From the NCBI RefSeq assembly GCF_964204645.1, contig NC_134026.1, positions 248,001 through 312,000 of the forward strand: a DNA stretch of 64,000 nt, in the 5' to 3' direction. This document shows, in pieces, positions 13,783-27,149 of this stretch. Source of the DNA: Tubulanus polymorphus (Eukaryota; Animalia; Nemertea). Numbering within the stretch: position 1 is the stretch's first letter; every line of letters begins with the position of its first letter. The notes under the pieces were generated by a model, which worked only from the letters and a program-made list of their open reading frames with translations, was not told the DNA's origin and ran no database searches. Both the position numbers and the translations under genes were made by a program.

Positions 13783-15334
13783 TTAAAGTCTAACGGTTAT
13801 TGTCGTTATCTTTTTACTCGCTACATCGCCGCCATTACTACTTCCGGTATGGCGGTCGGATCTATTTTTAGAATTATCGCTACACAATTCACAAGAAGGA
13901 GACGTGTAATCTTTAGAGAGCTTCGCGTTCACGGGGGGAAGTTTATTTTTCACGTTCTCCGCAGTGCTATTTCTAACTAGGAGTTGTTGTTTACCGCGTT
14001 GATGTAGCACCGACTGTTTTTGAATATTAATGAACCCGCCGCTATCTGATCCACCGTTATCGGCTGTAGTTTCTTCTTCGATTTTAGGTTTTCGTACTTT
14101 GGCTGACGGTCGGAATCCTCGTCTCGACAGACCTGAACGCGAAGGCGGGGGTGTATAGGGTTGTCGCTGTCTACCTCCATTATCTAAATGAAAGTTAAAC
14201 GTAGACGCAGCCGCTACCGGTATTTTATGCGTGTAAGTTGGAACTTCTGTTTTTGTCTCTTGCGCTATGTAATAGGAGAGAACTTTGTCCGTATGAAAAT
14301 CATAATCACGTGATTGACCGGGCGCGGATTTCTGCTCAATTGTCGGTGGAATGACTTTGTAATTTTTGCCGTGATAGATATTGAACGGGATATGGTCCAA
14401 TTCCGGAGATTCCGGTTGCCGGGCGAAAAGAGCCGGCGATTTTTGTTGAAACGATCGAATCGATTGGGGTAGATTCCTGTGGCGCTTCCTGGTCGTGGTC
14501 GCGAAAGCGCTGAAATTATCGTCCATTGAGTCATAAATTGAACTGGATCCTCCGATACCTCGGTACTCGATAGCTAATGGGACGGTTTCATCGTCACTCT
14601 CATCATCTTCAGTGCTCGGTGTTATATTCATGAAACGGTTTGAAGAGAGGTCGGTTACTGCACGATTATAACTTCTCGAAGGAGAAATCTCTGCTCCTGA
14701 GAACCCGTCGAATCTGACCGCCTTTACTTTATCTTTACTCGCAGTTTTACCGGACTTTTTATAGAATCTATTACGATGATCGGTCGTATATTCTTTAGTT
14801 TCGACCCACGTGTTCTCTTCTTCGTGTGAACCGGCGGTGATCGGTAGCGGATGATCGCTCGTGATCGGTAGCGGATGATCGCTCGTGATCGGGCGTCTAT
14901 TCTGTTGTTGATATTTCCCGGCAAGTATCGCCGGACTGTTAGATTTGAAGGTCATATTATCCGGATTGTCGCACAGCATCACCCGCGCCGAATTTACCCG
15001 AGATTGTCTGATCATATGATCGATATAACCAGACCTTCTATAAGGAAAATAACTAGTCAACACGCAATCAAAACTGGCCGAGGGTGTAGCCGGGAGCCTG
15101 GACCGAAAGTCCTGATCTACAGCTACTAATTCCGTATTACCAGCAGAGGTTTGCGCTCTAGGTACGATATTCAATTTATCTTCGTCATCGTCTTGGTAAT
15201 TTGATTCGAGTTCAAGACCGTACGAAGCCAACGATGATTGCAACTGTCTCCGGGAATTATCTTTGGCTGATATTTGTTTACGCGGTGGTAGACTTTGCCA
15301 GGTTTTCATCATCTTGTTTTTGTAGGCTGATTCA
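13783..15334 (-). CDS. Uncharacterised, largely disordered S/R/P-rich protein (509 aa from ATG 15312; terminal exon starts at 15334)
   Basis: 1.5-kb stop-free ORF in AT-rich DNA with raised GC. TTTTTGCAG acceptor at 15335-15337 and frame open from the acceptor to the ATG. No recognisable domain; internal 24-bp duplication encodes ITSDHPLP x2. Confidence 0.8.
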
Positions 15335-15589
15335 CTGCAAAAAATAGATTAACGACGAGTGAGTTGCAGACATGATCCAATGAGGTACGAACGAAGATGA
15401 ATTGAAGGGTTGTGGACACGTAACGTATCCTAATAATCGAAGAGATAGAATCGAATCTAGAGGAAGGACATGTCCACTAGATTAGTCGGTGATGTTCCAA
15501 AAAATGATATTTCTCCCAGCGCTCAAATCAATTATTGTTATAGCAAAATCAATGATATACAGAATGGAGGATAATGGCGACAAAAATCA

Positions 15590-15720
15590 AGTGGTTAGTG
15601 TTCTACTGAGGGATTCCAAGCCATGAGTTCTAACTTCCTAATCCAGTGTCTCCGGGTAAGACACTTATCATCGTCCTAGGAGTATGGGTAACCTGGTTCT
15701 GAGTATTCCGGGTGTTACAT
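15590..15720 (+). mobile_element. Degenerate tRNA-derived SINE-like fragment
   Basis: A-box-like TGGTTAGTG, decayed B-box GAGTTCTAAC, and GTGTCTCCGGGTAAGACACTT resembling the GTGTCCTTGGGCAAGACACTT hairpin of many animal SINEs. Confidence 0.3.
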
Positions 15721-17156
15721 CTCACCAGGGAGAGATGCGACTAATACATCAGAGACTAGGGTAATGAAACGAGTGTCAATGAAAGCATTCGATGTGGATA
15801 TTTAATAACTCTCTCGGAATCATCATCATTTCTATTTGTTCAGTAAATACACAGGACCGGGGTAAGACATACCTGGGTAAAACTGGTCCCGAGTAACATT
15901 TTTCGACTATGCACACTCGGCCGCCACCGAAACAAATCATCGGCCCCTCAACTTGTGAATCTTTCATTCGAATTAGCTGATATTCGTCCAAATTACTGCT
16001 TTCCTATGACAAAAAATAAAATAAAACAGATTTCGGTTGGTGATATTATAGTCAGACGCGAAGGTCCTATCTTATGTTTCTTCGGTTGTATCTAAAACGA
16101 TATCTATCAAAATTAGTAAAAATTAGCCATTCGATTTTTGTTTATAGAAATGAAAATACCTCCGAATCCTCATTAGAAATATGCTTCATAAATGCTGAAC
16201 ATTGTTTTCCGGTGCATAGATTCGTTATATAGATATCAAGTATCATAAACTCATAAAATCATTAACTATAACTCTCAGCCGAACGACATATCAATGTATA
16301 TATGTGTTGCGTGCGCGGTCCTCTTAACTACAAACAGGCCTACTCTAGTTTCTTTATGTTGTATATCTTGAAAAGAATCCTTACAAAGAAATATTCCGTA
16401 CAAAACAAAAACCGGGTATAAAATAAGATATACGTATTAAATAACGGAATACATTTGGCCCGATTCGTGTGAATTCTAGCCACAAAAGTTGTTACAGAAT
16501 GACTTACGTGAATAAGCCTTATTCTATAGCTACCGTTTTATAAACAACACCAGTTCGAGCATAATAACTCATAGAAAACCACTGAAAATCTTTTTCTGAA
16601 GTTTAACTTTTTTTGTCTGTATCAGAAACCTAATTCTACGATCGATATCAGCCCACTATGTCAATAATACATATTCAAATGTCAAATAACGGATGACTTT
16701 CAATCGAGAGAGAGTGGTTCATATCATGAGTGAAAATATTGAATAAATAAAGTTAAGAATTGACTGAAACAGGTTCTGATAATTTTTATCTATTTAGAAT
16801 CGAGCGCTGGTTCGAAAAAAACACAACTGTTGAACAAGTTCTATTTATAATTTCTCCATGCGTCATCTTTTGAAAGAAAGTGCTTGTGCGGCCATATCGT
16901 ATGAAATTTAATGTGTTTGGCTTAAGGCAAATTTTACTCGTTATTTTTTCCCGTCATTTCGAAAATATTGATAATAGAATTATGTTCCACGTACCTGTTA
17001 TAAAACATCGCCTTATTCACACTAATCCTTCCACCTTCATCTTAATTCGAGGATTTCTCATTGAATATTCGTCGAGAATGTTTTATAAGTAAATACGATA
17101 GTTATAAGACGAGTGTGTATATGTATGTGTGTAGGTGAGGTGACTTCACCAATGAC

Positions 17157-17370
17157 CAGTCATTAGCTTACAGTACTCTATAGTTTACCGTCGTTAGACC
17201 AATTCAGTTTAATAGCAATAACACTATTACACACAGTAAGTCTCCGTTCCGTGACAACACAGTTCAAGAAACTAATGCTCTTTTATATTTGAACCCAGGT
17301 ATATGCCTTATTTTTGTGGTCGGTTGGAACTTAAAAGTATTCATTCTGCGAGTTTAGATTGAACATAATT
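17157..17370 (+). repeat. Dispersed ~200-bp repeat, copy 1 (copy 2 at 26351-26545)
   Basis: Shared blocks CAGTCATTAGCTTACAGTACTCTA.AGTTTACCGTC, GCTCTTTTATATTTGAACCCAG and GGAACTTAAAAGTATTCATTCTGC. Confidence 0.8.
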
Positions 17371-18224
17371 CCGTGGTGTCTTATCAAAACTACGCCGTAA
17401 AATACTCAAAGCGATTACAATATCAGAATTGAAAAGACCACTGACTACTTGACAAATTATGTAAATAGAACTAAAACGTTCATTTGAACATTATTCAATA
17501 TAGTAAATAATCTAAAAGCAAGGTAAATAGAAACCGCGTAAGAATCGATTGAGCTTTTTTACTCCGAAAAACAGACGCCAGTTTGGATCTGAGACCGGTG
17601 GAAAATCGATTTGTTCTATAGTCAATTTACGTAGCGACGTAAGACTAGTCTTAAGGTTTTTAAACCACTTTTGGATAAAGTTACGACTTGCGACACTTCA
17701 CATCATTTACATCCCCAACTTTCATGTATTCAGTTGAAATCAGTGCTAAGCTCAGCGCCATGCGAAAGGAAGGACTTCGAGTTGCAAAAATTCACCAAAA
17801 AAACTTTTTATTTCTGGTAATAATCGAAAAGTTACAATATAGAGGTAGTGATGACAAGCCTCGATAATCAACATCATGAAGTGACGAGAGATCATGGATC
17901 GTGTATATATATACATATATAAACAGACTAGATTAGGTTATGGTAGAATAGCCCGTACACTCAGACGTGGAGAATAGAAACAATGATATATATTTAAAGA
18001 ATTAGAAACGAATCCTTTTTTTATCAATAATTAGAATAAAAAACGATTGGGACTCTCTTGGAGACCATCGTCGGGTGTGGCTGACAACGGTCTCCAGAGA
18101 ACAGTCCGAAAAGTCCATTTCTATTTAAAGTCTTGATAAAGAAAAATTAGTTTTTTCAATCTTTTAAATGTGTATAAAGTTAGGATTATAACCTGCTTAT
18201 AGATTCAGCAATGATGTAATAGAT

Positions 18225-18838
18225 CAGCTGGACGGTGGCGCTGGTCTGGAGGGACAGTCTGTTAACTGCAGTGTTCAGCTGGACGGTGTCGATGGTCTGG
18301 AGGGACAGTCTGTTAACCGCAGTGTTCAGCTGGACGGTGGCGCTGGTCTGGAGGGACAGTCTGTTAACTGCAGTGTTCAGCTGGACGGTGTCGATGGTCT
18401 GGAGGGACAGTCTGTTAACTGCAGTGTTCAGCTGGACGGTGTCGATGGTCTGGAGGGACAGTCTGTTAACTGCAGTGTTCAGCTGGACGGTGTCGATGGA
18501 CTGGAGGGACAGTGTCTGTTAACTGCAGTGTTCAGCTGGACGGTGTCGATGGTTTGGAGGGACAGTCTGTTAACTGCAGTGTTCAGCTGGACGGTGTCGA
18601 TGGTCTGGAGGGACAGTCTGTTAACTGCAGTGTTCAGCTGGACGGTGTCGATGGTCTGGAGGGACAGTCTGTTAACTGCAGTGTTCAGCTGGACGGTGTC
18701 GATGGTCTGGAGGGACAGTCTGTTAACCGCAGTGTTCAGCTGGACGGTGTCGATGGTCTGGAGGGACAGTCTGTTAACTGCAGTGTTCAGCTGGACGGTG
18801 TCGATGGTCTGGAGGGACAGTCTGTTAACCAGTGTTTA
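18225..18838. repeat. 51-bp minisatellite, 12 copies
   Basis: Unit CAGCTGGACGGTGTCGATGGTCTGGAGGGACAGTCTGTTAACTGCAGTGTT starting at 18225, 18276, ... 18788; one unit has a 2-nt insertion. Confidence 0.97.
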
Positions 18839-19521
18839 ATACGAACATGAACCGGCAAACTTTTCGTATCGATTTCGCGTAGTATTTTTCTAACCATGGC
18901 AGGATGACGCACGTGATCATTGGCTCGTTCAGCGCGTTTTATTTCCAACTGCTGAAAGTCAAATAAAGCTCTACAATTCAGGGCGCTTTCTCTAACGGTC
19001 GTGGCGGCTGCACCCCCTCCCGCAGCGCCGCACGGCGGTGGTCTCACAGTCGTCCTATTCTGCGGTTTAGTCACCGCGAATTCCCCGGTCTGAGTCCCGT
19101 AACGTCGTAACGAATATCTCTGCGGCAACGAATGCAATAAAGGACATAAATTCGGCGTCTTCTTCGTCGACGTTTTATTATTGTTTATCGATGGATAATA
19201 TTTCCGTTTAGGTAACACGTGAGCGGCGTCAGTTTTCTGTAGTTTATTCGATGTCGAAGTCTCGTCGGATCTCGTTGCCGGTGAGACTGAAGACGGATTC
19301 GGCCGCGTGTTTAATTGTCCAGAAGCTAACCGGCCGTTTAAAGTCATCGCCTCGACGTTGAATGGGTTTATCGTAGTTTCCGGTGAGCCCCGTGAACGTA
19401 CAATCAGTCGGTTTGCAATCTGCTGACGAGCCTGTGATAACCGAGCGCTCTCCTGGCGGATGAAGGCCGGGATATCCCGGTCGTTTGGTCGGATAGTCAT
19501 CGAATGGATATCCTCGTTCAT
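18787..19521 (-). CDS. Uncharacterised 244-aa basic protein; its C-terminus and stop codon lie in the first minisatellite unit
   Basis: 735-bp ORF with coding-like composition. Splice acceptor TTTTATAG at 19567-19574 precedes a 45-nt 5'UTR segment containing an in-frame stop. Confidence 0.7.
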   Translation of the reverse strand: MNEDIHSMTIRPNDRDIPAFIRQESARLSQARQQIANRLIVRSRGSPETTINPFNVEAMTLNGRLASGQLNTRPNPSSVSPATRSDETSTSNKLQKTDAAHVLPKRKYYPSINNNKTSTKKTPNLCPLLHSLPQRYSLRRYGTQTGEFAVTKPQNRTTVRPPPCGAAGGGAAATTVRESALNCRALFDFQQLEIKRAERANDHVRHPAMVRKILREIDTKSLPVHVRIKHWLTDCPSRPSTPSS

Positions 19522-19832
19522 TTTTGGGCGAATTCCCCGTTGACGCCGATTACTACATCGTTACACCTATAAAACGAAAAAACAGAAATAATTTAGAGAA
19601 AAAAATTACAATCATGTCCGAAAAGTTTGCTGGATAGTTTATTTAGATCAACGTCTCCACTTGATCCTTTTCATCTGCAGGAATACTGCAAAAAGAGCCT
19701 TTGAATCCTTAAAAAGAGATAAAATGGATGAAACTTAATCACGGAAATCATTGGTAATTGACTTAATCGAACTGTGGTTTTCTAATAGTTATGGAATACA
19801 TAATACAACCACGAAATAAATTCTAACACGCC

Positions 19833-20072
19833 CAGGACCAACTTCGGTTTTCGTAGCTAGTCGACTATTGGTCGCAACTAATAACCGAAAACACTATATT
19901 TCGGTCGTAACGTATTTCACAGTGTCGGCCATCTTGGAAATGGGTCGGAACTACAGCGGCCGCGCTCAATCCCATGGTCGACCATTTCCGGACCATAGTT
20001 CCGACTAACGGACATTCGGTTTCGTTTAGTTCGACTATAGTCAACTAACTCCGATAACCGAAGTTCGCCCTG
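19833..20072. mobile_element. MITE with long imperfect TIRs (CAGG..AACTTCGGTT...), hAT-like termini
   Basis: CAGGACCAACTTCGGTTTTCGTAGCTAGTCGACTAT matches the reverse complement of the right end, CAGGGCGAACTTCGGTTATCGGAGTTAGTTGACTAT. Confidence 0.65.
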
Positions 20073-21777
20073 AATGCGGCGCATGTCGTGAGTGAACTGA
20101 TGATATCTATTTCATAGCAGTTTGAAGTATTCTCATTACGGACATCAATTTGAAGTATTTTATTGGTTTTTCAATGATGAGAAGTTCGAGACTCGACATG
20201 TGAATTACTATTTGAAACATGTCGCGAGGTCATGGGAAAAACTACGAGTAATAAATAATTCAAACTCGTTCACACGATACATGACGATACATGACGATTA
20301 CCAGTAGGAGACAAGATTGAAGCTGCTGCAAATTGAAATTCTTTCTTTTACAAATGATCGAATTGCAAGATAGACTGAAAATAACTGAAGCAATCTAAGT
20401 GAGAACAGTGAACTATTTCATTGAATGATTCTCTTCAGGTCGAGTGCGGAACTGAAACATGGAACTGAAATCTGCTCTCAACATTCGGAAATCGACTGAA
20501 TGAATGAATTATTTTTGGGTGAATCTCTAGAGAGCTTCTATATATATATATAGTGTGTCATTGAGAAATTTGAAAATGATTATACCTTATAACACTTTTA
20601 GTAATGACTTCACCGAGAACTGCCGAACTATGGGTTCAGATTGAACCCACAGTTGAGTAACGATTAAGACAAAGCATTTTCTTAATTTGAACCTACCGCA
20701 TTTTTCGAAATATTACACTTCCAAAACCCCCGAGCTGTACGGGAATGACGGCACATTGCATTCTGTTTAATCGCGTATCCAACTGGTGGTTACCACTAAA
20801 CAGCAGTGTATCAAAGTCCAGAACTGGTTTAGTTAATTACATCTGTAACTAGTGACATCGCGTGCTATTGGCTTCATTATAATAAAACTCGACACGAAAT
20901 TCGAGTCACCAACTCTGAATGATTGTGTATAGAACACACTATGAATCTCATAAACACTTCGTTCAACTAACGCGGATTATTTTCGTGTAGCTATAATAAA
21001 TATAAGTTGACAGTGCGTGAATCTGAAAATGTCAGCCATAAAACAACACGTAAAACCGGTCTCTTTCCAGTGTATTAAAACACAAATTAAGTCTATACAT
21101 TTTTCGGATTATTGTGAATTTTTTGTGAACTCTATATAAACCGTCTCACAGTTGGGTTCGGTTATGTGGTGCGTCAAGAATACTATTTATCTGCTTTATT
21201 CCTCCGTAGTGTAACTCAAACATCGACAGACGATCCTGTCGCAAACAAAAGTTACTTTCAAATTCTTCTACTTTTGTGCTCATTTTCTTACATTATAAGA
21301 ACGATAGAATAAGATTACCGTACAAATTTTTGGAAAAATATACTTAGGCGAAACCAAACGACGACCCGACTTTCTACTTATTGGAAAAAGATGCGCCGCG
21401 TATTATGAAAATAGCGATTGTTCTCCAAAAGTTCGCATTCACCGAAAAATGGAATAAATCGCTTCGGTTTTGATCGAGTTCATGTATCGTACATTTTACG
21501 GCTTATGAATAGATTTGTTTAATGCGACAGTAAAATATTCTTTTAAATTCATTCATTTCTTGCCGAAAGTGTGTATTCAAAACCGGCTCATAAGTTGATC
21601 GGCTTTAAACCGCGATGTAAGAAAATCCAATGCAAATAAAGTCGTCGGTGTTAAATATAATTGAAAATTACACGGAATTATGTGAAACATTTAGGCGTCC
21701 AATATTTTCACACGAAAAAGAAGTTAACACTATGGAGCGAGCAAAACAATATTCACCCGATAATAGTGCAACCGTCA

Positions 21778-21870
21778 GCTAGCGCCCTCTGTGTCGCAGT
21801 GATAAATGTTGTATGTAACTGCGTCTGTGATTGGCGGCACTGCTCTGCCAATCACAGATAACTTCCGGGT
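21778..21870. promoter_or_regulatory. Promoter-like cluster: CTCF-like motif, inverted CCAAT pair, ETS site
   Basis: TAGCGCCCTCTGTGT (rc ACACAGAGGGCGCTA), TGATTGGC...GCCAATCA and ACTTCCGG within 100 bp. Confidence 0.35.
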
Positions 21871-23130
21871 TATGGTTGAATATTTGTCCACCCTCGAGCT
21901 CTGTGTCTGTCATCTCGGGAGTTGAAGAAGCTAATGCTTTTCAAACCTGTGGCGACAAATTCGAAGACACCGGTTTTTTTCCGTGTAATAGGGTTATAGT
22001 TAGGTTAAGTCATTAGAGATTCATTGGGGACATATTCATCCATTTGGGATACCTAAACTCCAGTCGCGCCCTGATTTTGGTCCTTAAACTGCCGGATGTT
22101 CCGGGCGTCCTATATTCATGAAACATGTTGTCCGGTTTAGTTGTCGTTGTCGCGTGACGGAGGCGTCAGAAGTCAACCAGGGATTGCAGAGCTAAGCCAT
22201 CGATTTAAATGTTACAACATTTATTATCACATATAACACAAAACACAAAGCGTATATAACAGGTATTAAATAATTTTCTGACGGAATCAAGTGAATCCAG
22301 GAAACCAATTTGATACTGCGTATATATCATGACATTTGACTTCGTAGACTAGCTGCAACTCTATGAAATCCCTGGGGCGAATCGAATTCCCAGAGCAAAT
22401 CCTAGAGGAGAACTATATACAACTGGGAACTGTGAGCGAGTAATAACCGTAAATAGCCAGTTCTAAATTGAATAGTTCTGAATACAAAAATTATCCTCTT
22501 TATGTATTTTTGATACAACCTAATACAATATGAAATCCAAATCCATATCAAATCTATATACATGAAAACATTAGACACACTTAAATAAAACAAACACATC
22601 AAACAAATTTAACACCACACATAAAGACAAAAAGGATTCAATCGCCAACAGTCGTCATGTCGACGTCACGAATGTTGTTCGTCAATCGAGGTTTAGCGCC
22701 GGCAGCGAAATGAAAATATTGAAATACTATCTTATAGAAAAGGAACAATGATTAAAGTCGGATTTCGTTGATGGATTTTCTGTGTTATGGCGCTGATTTT
22801 TCACTGTCATTCGAGTCAACTTTATTGATGTCTATGAGATTGCATTCAGTGTATCATAGATACCGCATCGTATTGAGGATCACTATTCACAAGCTTCAAT
22901 TAGCATATGACAGCTATTAATGAAATAACTTTTGAAAAAAATAATTCATATCTCCGGGAACCGCTGCGAGAGTCGTTGTCGTTTTGAATTTTATTTCGAC
23001 AATTCGACTTTTATTTAATGATGAAGCACAAGTTATAAGCAACCAAGGTTAAAAAAGAGTAAAAAGAGAAAAGAGTAAAAAGACTAAGAAAGGGAGGCTG
23101 GAAATATAAAATCATTTCACCAGCTTTTGC

Positions 23131-26100
23131 TCAATCACGGACTATTGGAAAGTCAGTAAACTTTTTAACGTCGTATTCTTTGTTTGAGATTCCAAACCGT
23201 TCGCAAAGTTTCAACAATTTTTCTTTCGCTTCTTCTAAATTATCAGTTTTAACGCCTAAATGACAAATCGGTCTTTCTGTATCAGTATCGACAACATCAT
23301 TAGCTGTACAGCATTGAATTAGGCTGAACTGAATTTCACCAGATTTGCACAATTCATTGATTTCATCAATTCGATTCCAAATATGAGAGTGAACTGATTG
23401 TAAACAAATAACACCTACGAGTTGTCCACTAGGGGCAGGTTTGTAGATGTGAGGCTTCACTGCGCACGCGCACATGAACACACATCTCAGTAAATCAACT
23501 CTGTAACATTCCTTTATCCAATCCCTCACGTAAAATCCTGCCATTCGAGCATTTATTTCGATCAGTTTCGGTCCTAATGATGTCATCATGAACCCTACGC
23601 TAGAACTTCCACTAGTCAAACCTATTGTCAAACAGCATTGGTAAGCAGCGGAGATCAGCTGTGTTATCTTATCTGGAGGTAAGCATGATGGCATACATGC
23701 TCCCGTTTCAACGCAACTTCCGTCTCTAGTTGGACCAAGGTCAGACAGAAACGCTGCGATCAACTGACGTTTATACATAACTATATCCACATTGTGTTCC
23801 GTTCCTTCTAGAAACGGCATCATCATCATACTAGTTCCAAAACTTATCCCAATTCCAGGTAAATCTTCTTCTGAGCTCAGTTTCTTTTGTACAAGATTGA
23901 AATAAGTTTTAGATTCGTTTTTATTTTGAACGCGTTTAGCTCCTACTGAAGCTGCTCCGAATTCACGTTTGATGATACAAGGAAACGACATTGAAGCCTC
24001 GTCTATGTCACGTTCGGTTTCTATTTCGACGCTTTTTTCGGCGTAAATTCGCGCTTGAGGAAAATGTTTATATTCGCTACGACTTTGGAAAAGAGTTTTT
24101 TGTGTCGATGATTTTTTCTTAGCGATTCTACAACCATTCAGACCGGAACCGTTCAGAGATAACAACTCACAAATGTGAGCGCACAAACGAATGCAGTCTT
24201 CCCAGATTGTACAACAACCATCTATTTTTAGACGACAATTAGCGAGTATTTTGCTGATATTGATGGCGTGTTGCTCGTCTCGAGTGTGATCCGTAAAGTC
24301 ATAATCGATAAATCGGGTTACATCTGGAATGTCATGTGACTTGCGGTCAACAAGAATGATCTAAAACATAGAAGGTACCAGTGTATATTAATCCATTAAT
24401 GAAGGTATTTATACTAGAAAACCTCATTTGAAATATATTATGCGTGGATCTGCTTTTACCTTTAAATTATCTTGTTTAGCTGCAGCCCACATGAATGCTT
24501 TACTTGGACCTCCTTTCGCTATCACAACTATCACTTTACCCCACATCGTATATAGTTGAGATCTTTCACACATCCTCTCAACCAATGGAATCACTGATGT
24601 TCCTGGATTCAGGTCGGTAGATGCACGTAATGGATCGCTGACCAAACTCTTTAAACAGCTTTTAACCCCGATCCCGATAGGACAGTAGCGACCATCGCGT
24701 TTTACCAAGATGAAGTCAGCAGCTACAAAAACAATACACAATTCAAACCTTTGTCTAAATGAAATACACATATAATAAAATGGCTTTAGTGTTTCTTACC
24801 TATAAAATCTGTTTGTGTTTGGTCATTTTCATTATTATTCTCCTGTTTAATTATCTCTCGTAGCAAGTTTTCCGAGTCGTTTTTCAGTTGTTTTTTAATT
24901 CTATCTATTTCTGATGTTTCTACACCCCACTGTAGTAGAGTCGTTTCTATCGATTGTGCTGTTGTATTATCGCTGGTGATTGGCTCGTTTATGCGACCGA
25001 CTCTACATATGAAACCCGTGGCGATTGGTTGATCACAGTGCCCTCTACATGCGATAACTCGAACTCGGAAAGATAGATTATTTACTCCATCAGCTGCTGA
25101 AAGGAATTTCATTTATTGAACTTCTAAAAGCTTATAATCCATAAATCATTTACATGTTCATTCGACATACCTGTTGGACCTGGTTGATAGAATCGTTCTA
25201 TTAATACATAATCTCCCGGCTCAGACCGCGACAGTAAAGTGACAGCCTTGTTACAGATATTGTCCTGATCAGAATCACTATGGATAGAAACTTGTTCCTT
25301 GTGACCCGTTGCTATTCCGAATTTTCTCACCGAAATCTTTGTTAAAAAAATTCAGAAAAATCTCCTATAGAATTCACCAATACATCGATAAATTTAGAAC
25401 GTCTAGATACGACAGAAATTACCTTGTCATTCGAGGAATCGAGATGTTGCAGAAATCTTCGTATATTTTCACTAACCACATTCTTCAAGTCAGTTTTTAT
25501 ATCTATTTCCTGTATCTCTACACAAACATCTCCCGGTATATCGTATTTATGAGGAACGTAGTTACATAATGCTAATGATTCAGGGCAACTAATTCCTGCT
25601 TTACACATTAAAATACGTGTCCAAATCTTGTCATCTAGTTTCCTATTGATCGAACTCGATGTCGGACAATCTAAATCATACTTGAAATCTGCAATTCCCG
25701 GTTCATCGTCGCTAAAATTATTCATCAAATAAGTCACCCTCCTCGGTGGATCGAATACATCGAGAAAACTCGCACCGCCGTTGTACATCGATATCGCTTT
25801 ATGCAGCAAGATCGTCTTTAACGCAGGATTTCGATCACTTAGTTTTATTGACAGCCAAGAAGTCGATAAAACGAGATGTACATTACCCGCACATGATTGG
25901 CCACCTTGCAGTAGTACAGGCATACATTCGACGGGTGATGATAGAATAACGATATTTATACCTGTTTCTGGTAGTTTTGTTCTGGGTATTATCGTACGAT
26001 CCTCAGTTTCTGGATGGTTTGTTTCATACAGCGTGTATTGTAGAATGTTATAATAGTGTTTAACACGTTGTCTTTCATCATCAGACATTCGCTGCTGATC

Positions 26101-26280
26101 GGAATTTAAAGATTCGAGATTCACATCCTGGTTCCATTCGCAGTAAGGTATTTCATTCAGCGCTGAAGACATTTCGATGTTTGATTTGAACAGATTGATG
26201 CAGATACTATAATGGTCGTTGATGTAAGAAACTCACTCACAGCGGTCGTGATCTTTCAGCTGAACTTTACTAACTGTCAT
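23131..26280 (-). CDS. CARNS1: Carnosine synthase 1-like ATP-grasp ligase, copy A (~911 aa; exons 26241-26280, 25423-26162, 25171-25336, 24800-25096, 24460-24722, 23131-24360)
   Basis: All introns are GT-AG and phase-consistent. Motifs match CARNS1: ILQYTLYET, ILSSPVEC, DCPTSSS, DFTDHTRDEQHA, GCCTIWEDC, KREFGAASVG, GIGISFG, EGTEHNVD, SDLGPT, ETGACMP, GPKLIEINARM.GFY. An alternative start at ATG 26172 is possible. Confidence 0.88.
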
Positions 26281-26350
26281 TAACAGTCACCACGCAGATC
26301 CTTAAGTCTGATTAAGGTCTTTTGAAAAAAGTTATTGAATCATCTCACTT

Positions 26351-26545
26351 CAGTCATTAGCTTACAGTACTCTAAAGTTTACCGTCTTTTTTACACGGTT
26401 TGCTTCCCTTCCGTGACCACACATTTCATTAAAGATAAAGCTCTTTTATATTTGAACCCAGACACATATTATATATTCTATATTATTTTCGAGGTTGTCT
26501 GGAACTTAAAAGTATTCATTCTGCAAGGTTAGATAGAACATAATT
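26351..26545 (+). repeat. Dispersed ~200-bp repeat, copy 2 (copy 1 at 17157-17370)
   Basis: Direct sequence match to 17157-17370. Confidence 0.8.
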
Positions 26546-26580
26546 ATATGTATATTGTATTTATTTCGTCAAAGTCATTT

Positions 26581-27047
26581 GGGGAGCGTTCTAATAGTAC
26601 GTACGACCTTAGGGGGAGTGGGGTAAAGAAATAATGTACTAACTTCGTATGGGGAGAGAGAGGTGGGGGTTAAAGAATAATGTACGTACTTTTCTGGTAG
26701 GGGGGTCTCTCAAACAAATGTACGTACTTAATGGACGAGAGATATCCAAAATTACGTCAAACATATGTCTGAGACAAAATGAATTACTGTTAACCGATCC
26801 TTATCTCATGAAATCCTTAGTTAATACTAGCCTATATAGTAAGTGAAGTGAAGGCAGGTCAAAAGTGCTATTAAGTTGGATTAAGTGTCATGTTATGTCT
26901 AATTTGTTGATTTGAGGGAGAGGGGTCTTTCAAAATGTACGTACGGGTCGGGGGTGGGGGTTAATGAAATAAGTACCAAGATCGTACAAGGCGGGGGGGG
27001 TCTAAAAAACGGTAAAACTGGCTGTAAGTACTATTTTAACGCTCCCT
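26581..27047. mobile_element. MITE / non-autonomous DNA transposon
   Basis: Left GGGAGCGTTCTAATAGTACGTAC versus rc of right end GGGAGCGTTAAAATAGTACTTAC; subterminal G-runs and GTACGTAC repeats on both sides. Confidence 0.75.
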
Positions 27048-27149
27048 ATAATACTTGTATATGACAATCTTTCATTGATTTTACAGTTGGCGTTTTTCCT
27101 CGAAATATACAGACATATCTTTTACATTTAAGTTACCCTAGGAAGGAAT

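Noticed and set aside
18225-18838. CRISPR-like array, or repeat-protein ORFs (18235, 18512, 18528)
   Set aside because: Contiguous identical units with no unique spacers and no cas genes, in eukaryotic context. The plus-strand ORFs are by-products of a stop-free 51-bp unit.
25337-25422. Apparent frameshift/premature stop making the CARNS1-like genes pseudogenes (also 31615-31700)
   Set aside because: Explained by an 86-nt GT-AG intron (AAG|GTAATT...AACAAAG|ATT) that restores the frame in both copies.
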